Shown here piece after piece: positions 17,711 through 29,049 of a DNA stretch of 39,375 nt. The notes under the pieces are model-generated. The model worked only from the letters and a program-made list of their open reading frames with translations, did no database searches and was not told where the DNA came from. The translations under genes and the position numbers were made by a program. This stretch comes from Cyanophora paradoxa CCMP329 (taxonomy: Eukaryota; Plantae; Glaucophyta), in NCBI GenBank assembly GCA_004431415.1, contig QPMI01000608.1, positions 1-39,375 of the forward strand, read 5' to 3'. Every line of letters starts with the position of its first letter. Within the stretch, counting starts at the first letter, position 1.

Positions 17711-18210
17711 TAGGATGCGCATCAAATTAAATTTGATCGCGAGCAGCGCTGCGAGTGAACGTTCAATCGGGGGCGCACATGTAGAAGCGAATGACCGCGT
17801 GATGGCCGCGAGCAGCGATATCGCCCAAAACTTTCTCGACGGGACCCCAGGCAAAGGAGTTCGGGCCAATGAAGACATCTGAGAGCGCGACATAGCTGAA
17901 CTCCAATGCCTGCGCAGCGGTCGCCGTTGGGCGAGAATTACGATCGAGGCTCTTCGGAAGCAAATTTAAAACGCACCCAGTCAGTCCCGGCAGCGTTCAA
18001 CTGCGGGTAGAAGGAAGTCCAGCCTGCAAAAAAGTTTTGATTTCGAATTTCACGTGCAGCGGCGATGGGAGCGCGGCTGCAATGCGACGCGAACGCACCT
18101 TTGAGCGGATTCGGGCCGCTGACGGGCTTGTATGTGAGGGGACCGCCAAAACAGGCGGCCGCGGCCGTGAAGAAGATCACAGCCGTGAGGAGGGAGCCGG
18201 AGCGGGCCAT
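17711..18210 (-). CDS. 5' exons of a host secreted DUF4832 / glycoside-hydrolase-like gene, interrupted by the viral insertion
   Basis: Splicing two GT-AG introns gives signal peptide MARSGSLLTAVIFFTAAAACFG, then NPLKG|WTSFYPQLNAAGTDW|ALEFSYVALSDVFIGPNSFAWGPVEKVLGDIAARGHHAVIRFY. This resembles the N-terminus of bacterial DUF4832 proteins. A third intron opens near 17778 and runs into the viral terminus. Confidence 0.68.
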
Positions 18211-18855
18211 TTCGAGAAAAGCTTCTTAGAAACTTGGAGAATTTCAAGATTCTCAGGGCGCGCAGTGCTGGCGCCGGAGACTTGCAATTGGCGGGAAATG
18301 GCTCGCCTTCGAGGCGACTGCGGGCGATTCGCGCATTAGAAACGCTGCGAATACACTTTTCCAGGCGCCACTGAAGCCCCCGGAGCGCCACGCGGGCGCC
18401 CGGCGAGCGCACCTTGCCGGCCTCGGAACGATTTGAAAGTGAGGACTGCGCGGGCCGTGGCGGGAGTCAGGCAGCAGGGGGGGAGGACCTGGAGGGGAGA
18501 GGAGACCAAAAGTAAAGCGCCCGACCCGGCCCGCGACCCCGCAGGGGGGGAGGGGAGAAACGCCAAGGGAAGAAATAGGCGGCATTTGCATGCATGCAAG
18601 GGGAGATATAGGGCTCGAGGAAATCAGATGAATTCAAGACTCGCGAGGGGATTCGAAGGATACGAATTAAGTGCTCCGAGTATAGACAAGCCAAGATCCG
18701 ATGATCCAGCTTTACTGGGGAATGAAGAAGAGATCGAAGGGCCCGCTGAGAATTAGCTATAGACAAGCCAAGATCCAGCTTGAAGAGGAGCTCGAGTAAA
18801 TCAGCGATCGCCCCGGCTCGCAAGAACCGAATTCAAGCACACGAGAGCTAGCGGG

Positions 18856-21800
18856 CTACGGGCCTCCGACGTGGAGGACGGGTACGGAGGCCCGGCTGAC
18901 GGGACGGCTCCGCACGGGTGTCTGGGACCCGCTGGCCCCCTCCCCGCCCCCGCGCCCCTCCACGCCCTCTACCGCCAGGTCGCTCTGCCGGCGGAGAGGG
19001 ACCTCAGCAGGGTACGCGAGAAGCGCTGGGGGTACCCGCCTCGATGTACTCGGGCTCGTCGCCGTGCGTTGGGAAGGGCTGCCGCTCGACGATCGGCTCC
19101 TCGGCCCTACGCGCGCGCCGGGGGTTAGAATCCGGGCGGGGCGGCATCGGCGGGGGCGGGGGCGGGGGCGGGCGGACAGCTTCTCGATCTTCTGCTTGAG
19201 GGCGTCGTGCTCGGCGGAGCTCTCGTCGGCGGCGAGGCCCCGCGCCGCCTCCGAGCGGCTGAACATCGACGCCGCCAGCGTGTTCCCCGCCGAGTCCTCC
19301 ATCACCACTGCCCGCCCCGCGCTCGCTGGGGGGGGGGGGGGGGGGGGGGGGGGGGGAGGGGGGGGGGCGGGGGGTACGGACTCGGGGCCCAGAGGCCGAG
19401 CTGCTCGGCCTCGCTCTTCTTCTGCGGCTTGGGGGGCACGTGCCCCGGCCCCGCCACGGAGCCGCGCTTGGAGCCCGGGGGCGCCTGCAGGGTCGGCACC
19501 CCCGACGCCCTCCTGTCCGGCCTGCGGGGGGGCGCCTCGGGCCCGGCGCCCGCGCTCCCGAGAACGTGGAAAGGCGTACCCGGGCGAGGCCTCGACGCGG
19601 GAAGCGACGGAGGTGCGGGAGGCGACGGAGGCCATCGATCCCCGCGGCCGCCCTGCGCCCCGAGCGCCCCGCCCCGCGTCAGCCCCGCCCGAGGCGGGGC
19701 GGGGTGCGGGGGGCGCGCGGCACCCTTCGTCTCGCGCTCGGCAGCGGCGTGGAGGTCCGAGTTCGATGCGCCGCCGTGCTGCACGGCCTCAGGGCCGCCA
19801 GCCGGCCCCGCCTGCCCCGCCTCGCCCGACCCCGACCCCGAGCCGGATGCCTGCGGCCCCGCCGGCCCCGCCTCCTCCCCCTCCGACCCGCTGGCCTCGC
19901 CGCCCGCCGCCTCCATCGCCTCCCCCTCCTTCGCCGCCTTGTGCAGCACCTGCGCCGCCCCGCCGCTCGCCGGGGTACGCAGAACACGCCGCGGGGGGGG
20001 GGGTACGCGGGGCACCTGGACGAGCTCCGACGTCATGTCGCGGTAGAGCATGTCGGGGTGTTTCTGCGGGGTAGCGGGGGGCACAGCGTCAGGCCGGCGG
20101 CGGGAGCAGGATGGCGGACAGGGGTACCATGAAGGTCTCGAAGAGGTCGGCCCCGAGGAGCTTCTTGGTGACCTCCGCGGCGCGCGGCAGCAGCGAGCAG
20201 AGCCCGAACAGCGTCTGCCGGCGGGTCGGAGGGGGTACTCGATTCCGAGCGGGGATGGGGGGAACGGGCGGACCTGGCCGCCCTGCTTCTGGCTCTCGTA
20301 GTGGTCAAGGTTCGAGAGGCACGTGAGGAGGCCGCCCACGACATTCCTGCGTGCGACCCCGCCGTTAGGGGGGTACGGCGCGCCGCCGGGGCGGGCGGGG
20401 CGAGCGGGCCTGCGGGTCATGCGGGTGGCCCAGGCGCGGGAGAGGCCGGCGAGGATGCCGAGCATCTTCGCCGCGCACGCCTGCTGCGTGTGCAGCGGGT
20501 GGTACAGCTGCGCGCGGCGTCGGAGGGGCGAGGCCACGGCCGGCCGGTGCAGGGCGCCGACGAAGGGGCTGCGCGGACCCGCTGGCCGCGCTGAAGCTCG
20601 CCCCCGTCCGCAGCCGCCGCCGCCGCCTGCTCCGCAAAGTGCGCTGCGGGGCGCGATTCTGATCCCCGGTGCAGGGAAGGGATGGGGGAGGGGGTACCGG
20701 CGGCGTCGAACTCGGCGAGGTTGGGCCGGAGCGCGGCAATGAGGGAGTCGAGGACGGGCCGCTCCAGCTCGTGGTACCCCCCCAGCACCTTGAGCAGCTC
20801 GTACGCTGCGAGGGGGCGCGGCTCGGTCCGGCGCGAAGGGAGATGATGCGCCGTACCCCCCCCCCCCCCCGGGGCGCCGCGCACCCTCGTACTGGACCTG
20901 GAAGTTGAAGGAGCGGAGCATGAGGACCGCGGCCTGCGGGGGGTACGCGCGCGTGAGCCCCCGGCAGCGCGGCGGCGCCCGCCCTCCTCCCCCGGCGTGC
21001 CTGGACGGTGGAGGCGTCGGGCTGGACGAGGCCGGTCGGGGGCGGGCCGCTCCCCTTCGCGCGCGGCGGGTTCGCCTGCAGCAGCACCCGCAGCGCCTGC
21101 GCCAGGCTGAGCGGAGGCCGCCCCTGCCGGCGGGTGGGGGGTACAGGGGCGCGCCTGCGCGGCCATGCGCTGGGCGCCCGAGTTGGGGGACTGGAGGAGG
21201 GCCACCACCCCGGCCTGGACCCGCGCGCAGTGCCGCGGGTTCCCTGCGCGCCCCCGCCCGCTCGCCTCGGCGCGCGGGGCGGGCGGCGGGGCGCTGGGGC
21301 GCGTCGGGCGCGCCCGCCCGAGGTTGGTGAGGAGGTTGCGGCCGGCGTCCAGCGTCCCCTCGTCCCGCGTCCGCCCCAGGCACTCCGCGATCACCCGCAC
21401 CCCTGCCGGGGCCCCTCGGACGCGCAGCGGCGGGCGAGGCGAGGCGAGGGGCGCTGCACGGCGCGCCCTCGTTCTCGCAGATGAGCTCCTTGTAGTAGCG
21501 CCCGGAGTTGGCGATGTGCTGGAGGACCTGGAACGTCTGCTGCCGGTCGTCCTGCGCGGAGCTAAGATGGGCGGCGCGGCGGCGCGGGGCGGGGCCGAGG
21601 AGGGCGCGCCTCGCCGATGCGCTCGAGGCCGAGGATCTCCAGGAGCGTGTTGACGCCACCGACCTCCAGGAACTCGGTGAGGAAGCGCTGCCCTGCGCAC
21701 GCGCCCCGCGCCGCTCGGGCGGCGCCGCGCTGGCTCCCGGGCCGACGCCGCACCGCTGGAGGCCGCTATGAAGACGGAGACCGCCTGCAGCTGAAGCGAG

Positions 21801-22257
21801 ACGGCGCTCCCGATGAGGTACCTGCGGCGAGCCGGGCGTCAGCGAAGCCCGGCGGCGCCCGGGGGCGGGGCCACGGCGAACGTCAGGCGGAGCCAGGTGG
21901 AGATGCGCGCGAGGAGCAGGCTCGCGCCGTTCCCGTACTCCTTCTCGAGCTGCGGGCCCGTCTTGTTCTTGTTCCTCGCAACGAACGCCTGGAGGATCCG
22001 CAGGCGCGTGTGCTTCGATCCCTGCGCAAGCAAAGCCACGTCAGGCGCCGCCGCTCGTGCACGCTGACGCAGCGCCGCGGGGGAGCGGGGTCGTTCGCGT
22101 CGCTAATTGCAGCGGTTGGCGGCAAGCCGGCGGCGGGGCTCGGAACGCTAGCTACAGCACGCCGCTGGCACTGGGAGGCCCTGCAGGCGCTGCCGCGCAC
22201 CCGGTCCCACTCCCGCAGCGTCTTGACAAGGTCGGTGTCCCGGGGCGGCTGGCTCAT
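18856..22257 (-). CDS. ARMH1: Armadillo-like helical domain-containing protein 1 orthologue (multi-exon) with a low-complexity C-terminal extension
   Basis: Exon peptides LREWD, KTGPQLEKEYGNGASLLLARISTWLRLT, FLTEFLEVGGVNTLLEILGLE, IANSGRYYKELICE, GNP and FQVQYEAYELLK match ARMH1/C1orf228 as I recall it. The 3' exons are less certain. Confidence 0.82.
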
Positions 22258-22368
22258 TGCAGCTGCTCTCCAGGGACAGCCGCGGGGTCGTGACGCCAAG
22301 CTCGGCGCTGGTCGCTAGCCCGTGGTCGGCGCGGTCGCTTGTTCCGTGCTCTTTCGTGTACCCACAAA

Positions 22369-24724
22369 ATGTTCATCTCGTCGCTGTGCTGCTCCCGGGC
22401 GACCCCACAGGCACTGTGCACGCAGCGGGAGGCATGCCATGCAGGTCCGGAAGCGCCAACTCAAGAGGTCCGGGCTCAGGTCCAGATTCTTCCTCGAAGG
22501 CCAGCGGCCCGGTCGACCAAACCAGCCTTCTTCGGCGCGCGCTTGAACACACAGCGGTTCCTCGGGCGCCAACGATGGCACCAGCAGCCGCGCGGCTCGC
22601 CAGCGCTAGCGGTCGCCGAGCCTGTGCAGGCCGATCTCGCTCCGGCGGAGAGCCCAGCAGCAGAGGACCGCACGGAGATGGACCTTAGCACGTTCGAGGG
22701 CCTCGGAGTCGACGCGGCGCTGCTGGAGGGCCTGCGATCGCGCGGCGTGCGCCCCGCCCCGCGCCGCCGCTGCCACGGCCGCGGCTCCCTGCCGGCGCCA
22801 ACGCGGCGCGCAGATTGAGGAGCCGGTGGAGGTGCAGCAGGCGGCGGTCCCGGCGGTCCTGGACGGGGAGGACGTCATCATCCAGAGCCACACGGGGACG
22901 GGCAAGACCCTGGCGTACGTTCTGCCGCTGCTCTCGTCGCTGCTGGCGAGCGGGCCGCCGGCGCCCGGCAAGAAGGGCGCGACCGGCCCCGAGGTGCTCA
23001 TCGTGGCGCCCACGCGCGAACTCTCCATGCAGATCTGCCTCGAGATCGAGGGGTAGCCCGCCCGTCCCGGAGCGACAAGCGCGCGCCTGGCCTGACGCGG
23101 GGCGGGGCAGCGTGTCGGCGGGGCTGGTGGCCGTGCAGCAGCTGATCGGCGGGGCGAACCCCGAGCGCCAGGTCGAGAAGCTCAAGAAGCGCCGGCCCCG
23201 CGTCGTCGTCCGCCCCCCCCCCCCCCCCCCCCCCCCCCCGCCCCGCCCCGCCCCGCCCCGCCTGCCCCGCCTGCCGCGCACTCTCCCCCGACCCCTCGTC
23301 GCAGGCCGGCACGCCGGGCCGCCTCCGCGAGCTCATCGACACGGGCAAGCTCAAGTGCGGGGTGCGCGCCCTCCCTCGCCCTCCGCCCCGCCTTGGCTGG
23401 CCTGACGGGGCCCCCCCTCCAGAACCTGCGCGCCGTCGTGCTGGACGAGGTGGGCGGTACACCCCTCCAGCCTCCACTTCCCCCTGACCCCGTACCCAGG
23501 TGGACCACCTGATGTCAGACGCGTTCGCGCGGGACCTGGGGCACATCCTCAGGACGGCAAACCCCGCCCGCCGGCAGGCGCGCGGCCGTACCCCCCTTCC
23601 TTTCCTCACGCACTCGCTTCTCACCGGGCGCGGCTCAGACAATCTTCGTCTCCGCGACCGTACCCTCTCCGGTCCTGGACGTGCGCTGCCCCCTTCCCCC
23701 TGTACCCACCCTCCACTCTCTTGACCCGCGCCTCCCCAGCTCGCGGCGGACCACATGAAGGACCCCCTGCACATCCAGGCGAGGACCGCCCCCCCCCCCC
23801 CCCCCCCCCCCCACCCCCCCCCCTCCCCGTCCTCCCCCCCTCGGGACCCCCCAAATCGAGCGGCTTACCCCTCACCTTAGGTGGACGCGTCGAAGCTGGT
23901 GACGCCGAGGCTGGAGCACGCGTACATCGTGGCGCCGCCGCGCAAGAAGGCGGAGACGCTGCGCCGCCTCTTCGTCGCCGCCCAGCCCTCCTGCGCCCTC
24001 ACGTGCGCCCGCCCGCCCCGGCGGCCTCGAACCCTGTCGCTCGCGCCTCACCCGCGCCGCAGCTTCATCAACGACCCGCGCCGCATCAACGAGGCGAGAG
24101 CTTCGATCTCGAAAGGGGCCTCCCTCTCTGCGAGCTCTAAGCCGCGGGTCGCTCCTCGCTGGCGCAGCTGGCGGAGTACCTCTCGTCGAACGGCACGGTC
24201 GAGGTCGCCGTCCTGCACGGCGAGGCCGACAAGGCCCGCCCCGCCCCGCCCCGCCCCGCCCCGCCCCGCATGCTTCCGCGGGCTAGACGCGCCCCGCCCG
24301 CCCCTGGGCGCAGCTGACTGCCGCGCAGGAGGCGCGGGGCAACGTGCTGAACGCCGTGCGGCGGGGCAAGGTCTCCCACGTCGTCTGCACCGAGATGGCC
24401 GCCCGCGGCCTCGACCTCCCCGGCCCGCCCGCCCCCCGCCCCGCCCCGGCTTAAGCTTAAGCTTCCAGACCGACCTTGCTTAACCCCCGCGCAGGCGTCT
24501 CCCACGTGTTCAACCTCGACCTGCCCACCGACCACCTCCACTACCTGCACCGCGCGGGGCGCACGGGGCGGCTGAACCAGGGGCGGGAGGGCAAGGGGAC
24601 GGTGGTGACGGTGGTGACCCCCGAGGAGGAGTTCGTGGTGGGGAAGATCGAGCGGGCGCTGGGCGTGACCTTCCGCCGCGTCGAGGTCTACGCCGGCAAG
24701 CTCTTCGACGCCCTCCCCGGCTAG
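22369..24724 (+). CDS. DEAD-box (DEVD) RNA helicase, about 13 exons, probably plastid-targeted
   Basis: Q motif (FEGLG..PVEVQ), HTGTGKT, PTREL, GG, TPGR, DE|VD, SAT, ARGLD and HRAGRTGR all appear in order after removing 12 short introns. There is a ~100-aa N-terminal extension starting MFISS and containing AFFGAR. Confidence 0.92.
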
Positions 24725-25455
24725 CCGTAGGTGGAGGACTGCAGCTGGAGTTAACTGCGCCGTGTATACGTGCATGTGCTGCGGTGTGCATAAGAATTCG
24801 GCATGCAACTTGACGCGCAATTGCAAAGGCCCCGCCCCGGCCCGCGCCGCCGGCCCGCCGGCCCGCCGGCGGGCCGCGGCCGCCGCGCGGGCCGCCGGCG
24901 CGCCGCGCGCCGCGCGCTCGGCGCTAGCGCTGGGGGCCTGGGGCCGCGTCACTGGCCCGTCAGCCCCGTGGGCCGTGGGCCACTGGGCCCGTGCCTGGCC
25001 AGAGGCCAGGAGCCAGGGGCCAGGAGCCAGGGGCCAGAGGCCAGGCCTAGCCTAGTAGCTGTAGGGGCCACTGGCCAGGGGCCAGGGCCCGCCACCGGGT
25101 ACCCCGATTTCGGATCGGATTTTCGAGGTTTCCTGAGTTCGATGGGGAATTTCGATCATATATATGCGCATATACAACGCCGACGGTTGGGTAACTTGGG
25201 TTTGGATCCGGACTCCGCCGGAATCGCGGCCGGATCCGGAGCTTTCGAAAGATTGCGATTATGTACCCCCGGCGCGGATCCACCCAAATTGAAGTCGGAG
25301 CTTCGATTCGAGAATCGAGATCCTGCGCGGCGTACCGCCGCGTACGCGTACGCGTGGCACGTCGTCAGCCCGACGGTCAGCTATCGTTTGCCTAGCAGCA
25401 GCCCAGGCAGCTGCAGATCCTAGACGTCCAGCAGCAGTACTTCGCCTTGCCTGAA

Positions 25456-28249
25456 ATGGCGCGCCTTCCCGCGGCCGTTTTTGGCGCCCTGTGCCTGGCG
25501 CTCCTCGCAGCCTCCGCCGCGGCTCAGGCCCAACGCTACATCGTGGTCAGTATTTGAATCTCGTGCACTGCGAAGGCAGCTGCAGCGCCGCCCCTTGCCG
25601 GGGTTCTCGCCGCGGCTTATCGGAGGTTGCAGGTTTTCAAGGAGGGCGACGCCCCCCTCGCCCGCGCCTCGGCCGAGGCGCGCCGCGACCGCCAGGAGCG
25701 GTCGATGGGGACTCTCCACGGCCTCTCCCTCGCCGCCGGCCTCGAGAAGAACGTCCAGGTCGACTACGAGTACGGGAACGCCGTCTATGGATTCGCCGCC
25801 CGGTGCGCCGCCGCGCCGGCCGGCGCCATAGCATTGCATTTAGAACGCAGCAAGAGATTGAGAACTGTTACTCTGTCGATGAGGCCCAGCCGGCCGCGGG
25901 TTAGAGCTCTGTCGTCGTTTGATCATGATCTGCGCATGCCAATGATAACGCATGCATATGCGCATTTGACCGGCGTCGACCGCGCAGGATGCCGGAGCAG
26001 CTTGCCCAGCGGCTGCGTGAGAACCCCGAGGTCGCAATGGTCGAGGAGGACAAGGAGGCGCGCGCCCCGAATGCGGCGGCCTCTCCCGCCGTCGCCAAGC
26101 CGCGCGCTCTCTTACCGTCGCGGGGCGGACGACAGGTGACGATCAACCGCCCGACGGGAGGAGGCAGCACCTCGCCGCCGCCTTTCCCCTGGAACCTCGA
26201 CCGCGTCGACTCCGTGCGCGCCCTTCTGTTCAGCATGCGCACTAGCGCTGGATGCATGTGCCTGCAGCTGACCGAGGCCGCGCACGCGGGCCGCTTCGAA
26301 TTCAGATCGAGCGTGTGTATAACAGCCAGTACAACGTGTTCGCGGACGGCACCGGCGTCGAAGTGTACGTATACGCCGGCGCTGGCCTCCTCTTTGATGT
26401 CCGCACGCTTCTCTGATTGCTCACTATCCGCCGCGCTCGCAGCCACGTCCTCGACACCGGGTGAGGCCTCTCCCTTAAGCTTGCGCCCGCCGGCGCGCCG
26501 GCGCCGCTGACGAAGCCGGCGCAGCATCCGCACGACCCACTCGCAGTTCGGCGGCCGCGCCTTCGAGGGTCTCGACGGTGCTTCTCGTGTGCTAGGCCTT
26601 GCACTTGCGAGTAATCCGCGTACGCAGCGATCGGCGAGTCGCGCAGTTGCGGCGGAGGCCTTACGTCCTATGACTGCAACGGTGCTCCCGCGGCCGGGCC
26701 CGCCGAGTGCCGCGGCCCCGCCTTCTCCTCGCCCTGACTCGGGGATCCGGAGGGCACGGCACGCACTGCGCCGGCACCGTCGGCGGCATCACATTCGGCG
26801 CGGCGAAGAACGTCAAGCGTGCGCGACGCATTCGCCAGTTCTACATGCGCAGCTCATAATTAGAGGAGCCTTGACGCCTCTCGCCCCCAGTGTACGGCAC
26901 GAAGGTGCTCAACAAGCAAGGCTCTGGCACAGGCGTACGCGCTCCCCCCCCCTTTCCGCTCCGGCCTGGCGGCCGCGCGCGCGCGTGCTCTTTAATTCTG
27001 ATGTTGCGGGCGCCGGCAGTCTTCCCTCCTGGGCGGCATCGACTGGGTCGTCCAGCGCAAGCTGAACAACCCCACCGTCCCGATGGCGCGCCCCGTCAAA
27101 CTTTGAGCCGCGCCCCTCTTGATCTCGCTCGCGATTTGATCCCGGCCCGCGGCCGGCCGAGCAGGTCATGTCCATGAGCCTGGGCTTCTCTGGCATTTAC
27201 TCGCCCGTCGACACCGCCATCAACAAGTGCGGCCGACCGCGGGCCAGGCCGGCGCCGCGGCAGACGCGCGCGGGGCTGACACTGATCACCTCCCGCCGCA
27301 GTGCCGTGGCCGCCGGCATCGTCGCCGCCGTCGCCGCCGGCAACAGCAACATCGACGGTGCGCACGCGCCTCTCGACGCGTCCGACCGCCAAGATGATGG
27401 ACGCTCTTTTAATTTGGCGCCCGGTCAGCCTGCGGGGTCTCCCCTGCCGCGGCCACGAGCGCCATCGCCGTCGGAGCGACGGACAGCAGCGACAACGTGC
27501 GCTCCCGAGACCCCTGCCCCCGTACTTGTCTAGCGGGCCGATGCTGATCGCACGATGGCATCCACGCGCCCGCAGCGCGCCTCCTTCTCGAACTACGGCC
27601 CCTGCGTCGACATCTTCGCCCCGGTGAGTGCCCGTCGCGGCTGGGGGCGCGCCCCCTCTGGGTGTCGAGCCCACTCGAAGCCTGACGCCCGCTCTGCGCA
27701 TGCCCCAGGGCGTGAACATCCCGTCGGCGTGGTACACTTCGGACACGGCGACGAACACCATCTCGGGGACCTCGATGGCCACCCCGCTCGTCGCCGGCGT
27801 CTTCGCCCTCTACCTCTCGGCCAGCCCTGCCCCGCCCGCCCCGCCGCCGGCTACCTCTGATCATGATTTGAAGCTTTAATCTGCAGATGAACCCGGGGGC
27901 GACCCCCGCGGAGGCCCGGGCCTACGTCCTGGGGTACGCGGCCAAGGACAAGGTCATCAACGCGGTCAGCACGACCGTGAACGACCACATCATCTTCGCC
28001 GCCTTCCCGAGCCCGACGCCCGCCCCCGTCGGCACCACCTCGACCCTCGCCGTCGCCGTCGGCGCCGCCGGCTCCGCCCCGGCGGCGGCGGCCTCCTCGC
28101 CGGCCCTCTCGGCGGGCGCCATCGCCGGCATCGCCGGCGCCGCCGTCGGCGCCGTCGCCCTCGCCGCCGTCGCCGTCGCCGCCGTCCTCCTCCGCCGCCG
28201 CCGCGTCGCCGAGAAGGCCGCCCCGACCCAGAACGTCTGCATCGCCTGA
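25456..28249 (+). CDS. Subtilisin (S8A, proteinase K-like) protease with signal peptide, I9 prodomain and C-terminal transmembrane helix; copy A
   Basis: MARLPAAVFGALCLALLAASAAAQAQRYIV, WNLDRVD, HVLDTG, GHGTHCAG, SMSLG, VAAGN, ASFSNYGPCVDIFAP, SGTSMATP and AIAGIAGAAVGAVALAAVAVAAVLLRRRR, spread over many exons. Confidence 0.92.
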
Positions 28250-29049
28250 GCCCCGGAGCCCAGGGCCGGAAGCAGCAACGTACTGAGTATACGTATACCA
28301 TGTACAGCTGCAACGGATACCATGTTCCTGTACGTAGCGATATCGATAGGAGGCCGGTCGCGCCTGGCCACATAACATCTTTAATTTCACACAATACCTC
28401 CTTCCAGTCGTTTCTATTTTTACTTAGCTCGCACGGCGTAATTTCTCGCTTCGGCTCGATCAGGGATGTACGCTAATATATCTGATCATCGGATCGTGAT
28501 TTCGAATATACTGCCGCAGTGCCGGCCGTACACTCTAATTGACTGCAATTGGATGCCTGCATAGCGATCAGGGGGCTGCAAACGAGGCTAAGGTCTACAT
28601 CAAGACCGACAGCTACGAGGATGCTGGCCTCTGGGCGCCTCAAGGGACAGGGTGGGCGGGAACGCGAAATTGCGGCTCGGGCGCCGCACTTGTTTTGCCG
28701 CGAAAAACGGGTATGCTAGCTCAAGGCGACTTGGACCAAATTCGGACTGTAAAATAATTGAGGCTCGACTAGCCGACTCGCTAACCTCAGTAAATCTACT
28801 TTACTACCCATAAGCTTTATGTATCAATTTTCAGATCAGACCTCAATTGCAAGCTCCAGCACATAACAAGATTCAACCTAATCAGAAAGATCCGGATCCT
28901 CCTGCAGCCAACTAGCTTTAGTACTCGTAACAGGTAATTTGTAACTAGCTATAGCTATGCGCGCTGCCGCAGTAAATATACACAAGGAGGCACGGCCGGC
29001 CTCCGGAATCACACTCACGGCCCCCGGCTTCGGCCCCGGGCTCCGGGGC

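Noticed and set aside
18681-18776. 19-bp direct repeat TATAGACAAGCCAAGATCC (18681-18699 and 18758-18776)
   Set aside because: Real, but an isolated small duplication in intergenic or UTR sequence with no supporting structure.
19328-23823. Long poly-G/poly-C runs read as polyproline or polyglycine
   Set aside because: They fall inside predicted introns, and their lengths are unreliable in long-read assemblies.
24997-25090. GGCCAG(G/A)-type short tandem repeats
   Set aside because: Low-complexity intergenic sequence, with no terminal repeats or coding evidence for a mobile element.
28232-28249. CaaX prenylation signal at the subtilisin C-terminus (NVCIA)
   Set aside because: The Cys is third from the end, not fourth.
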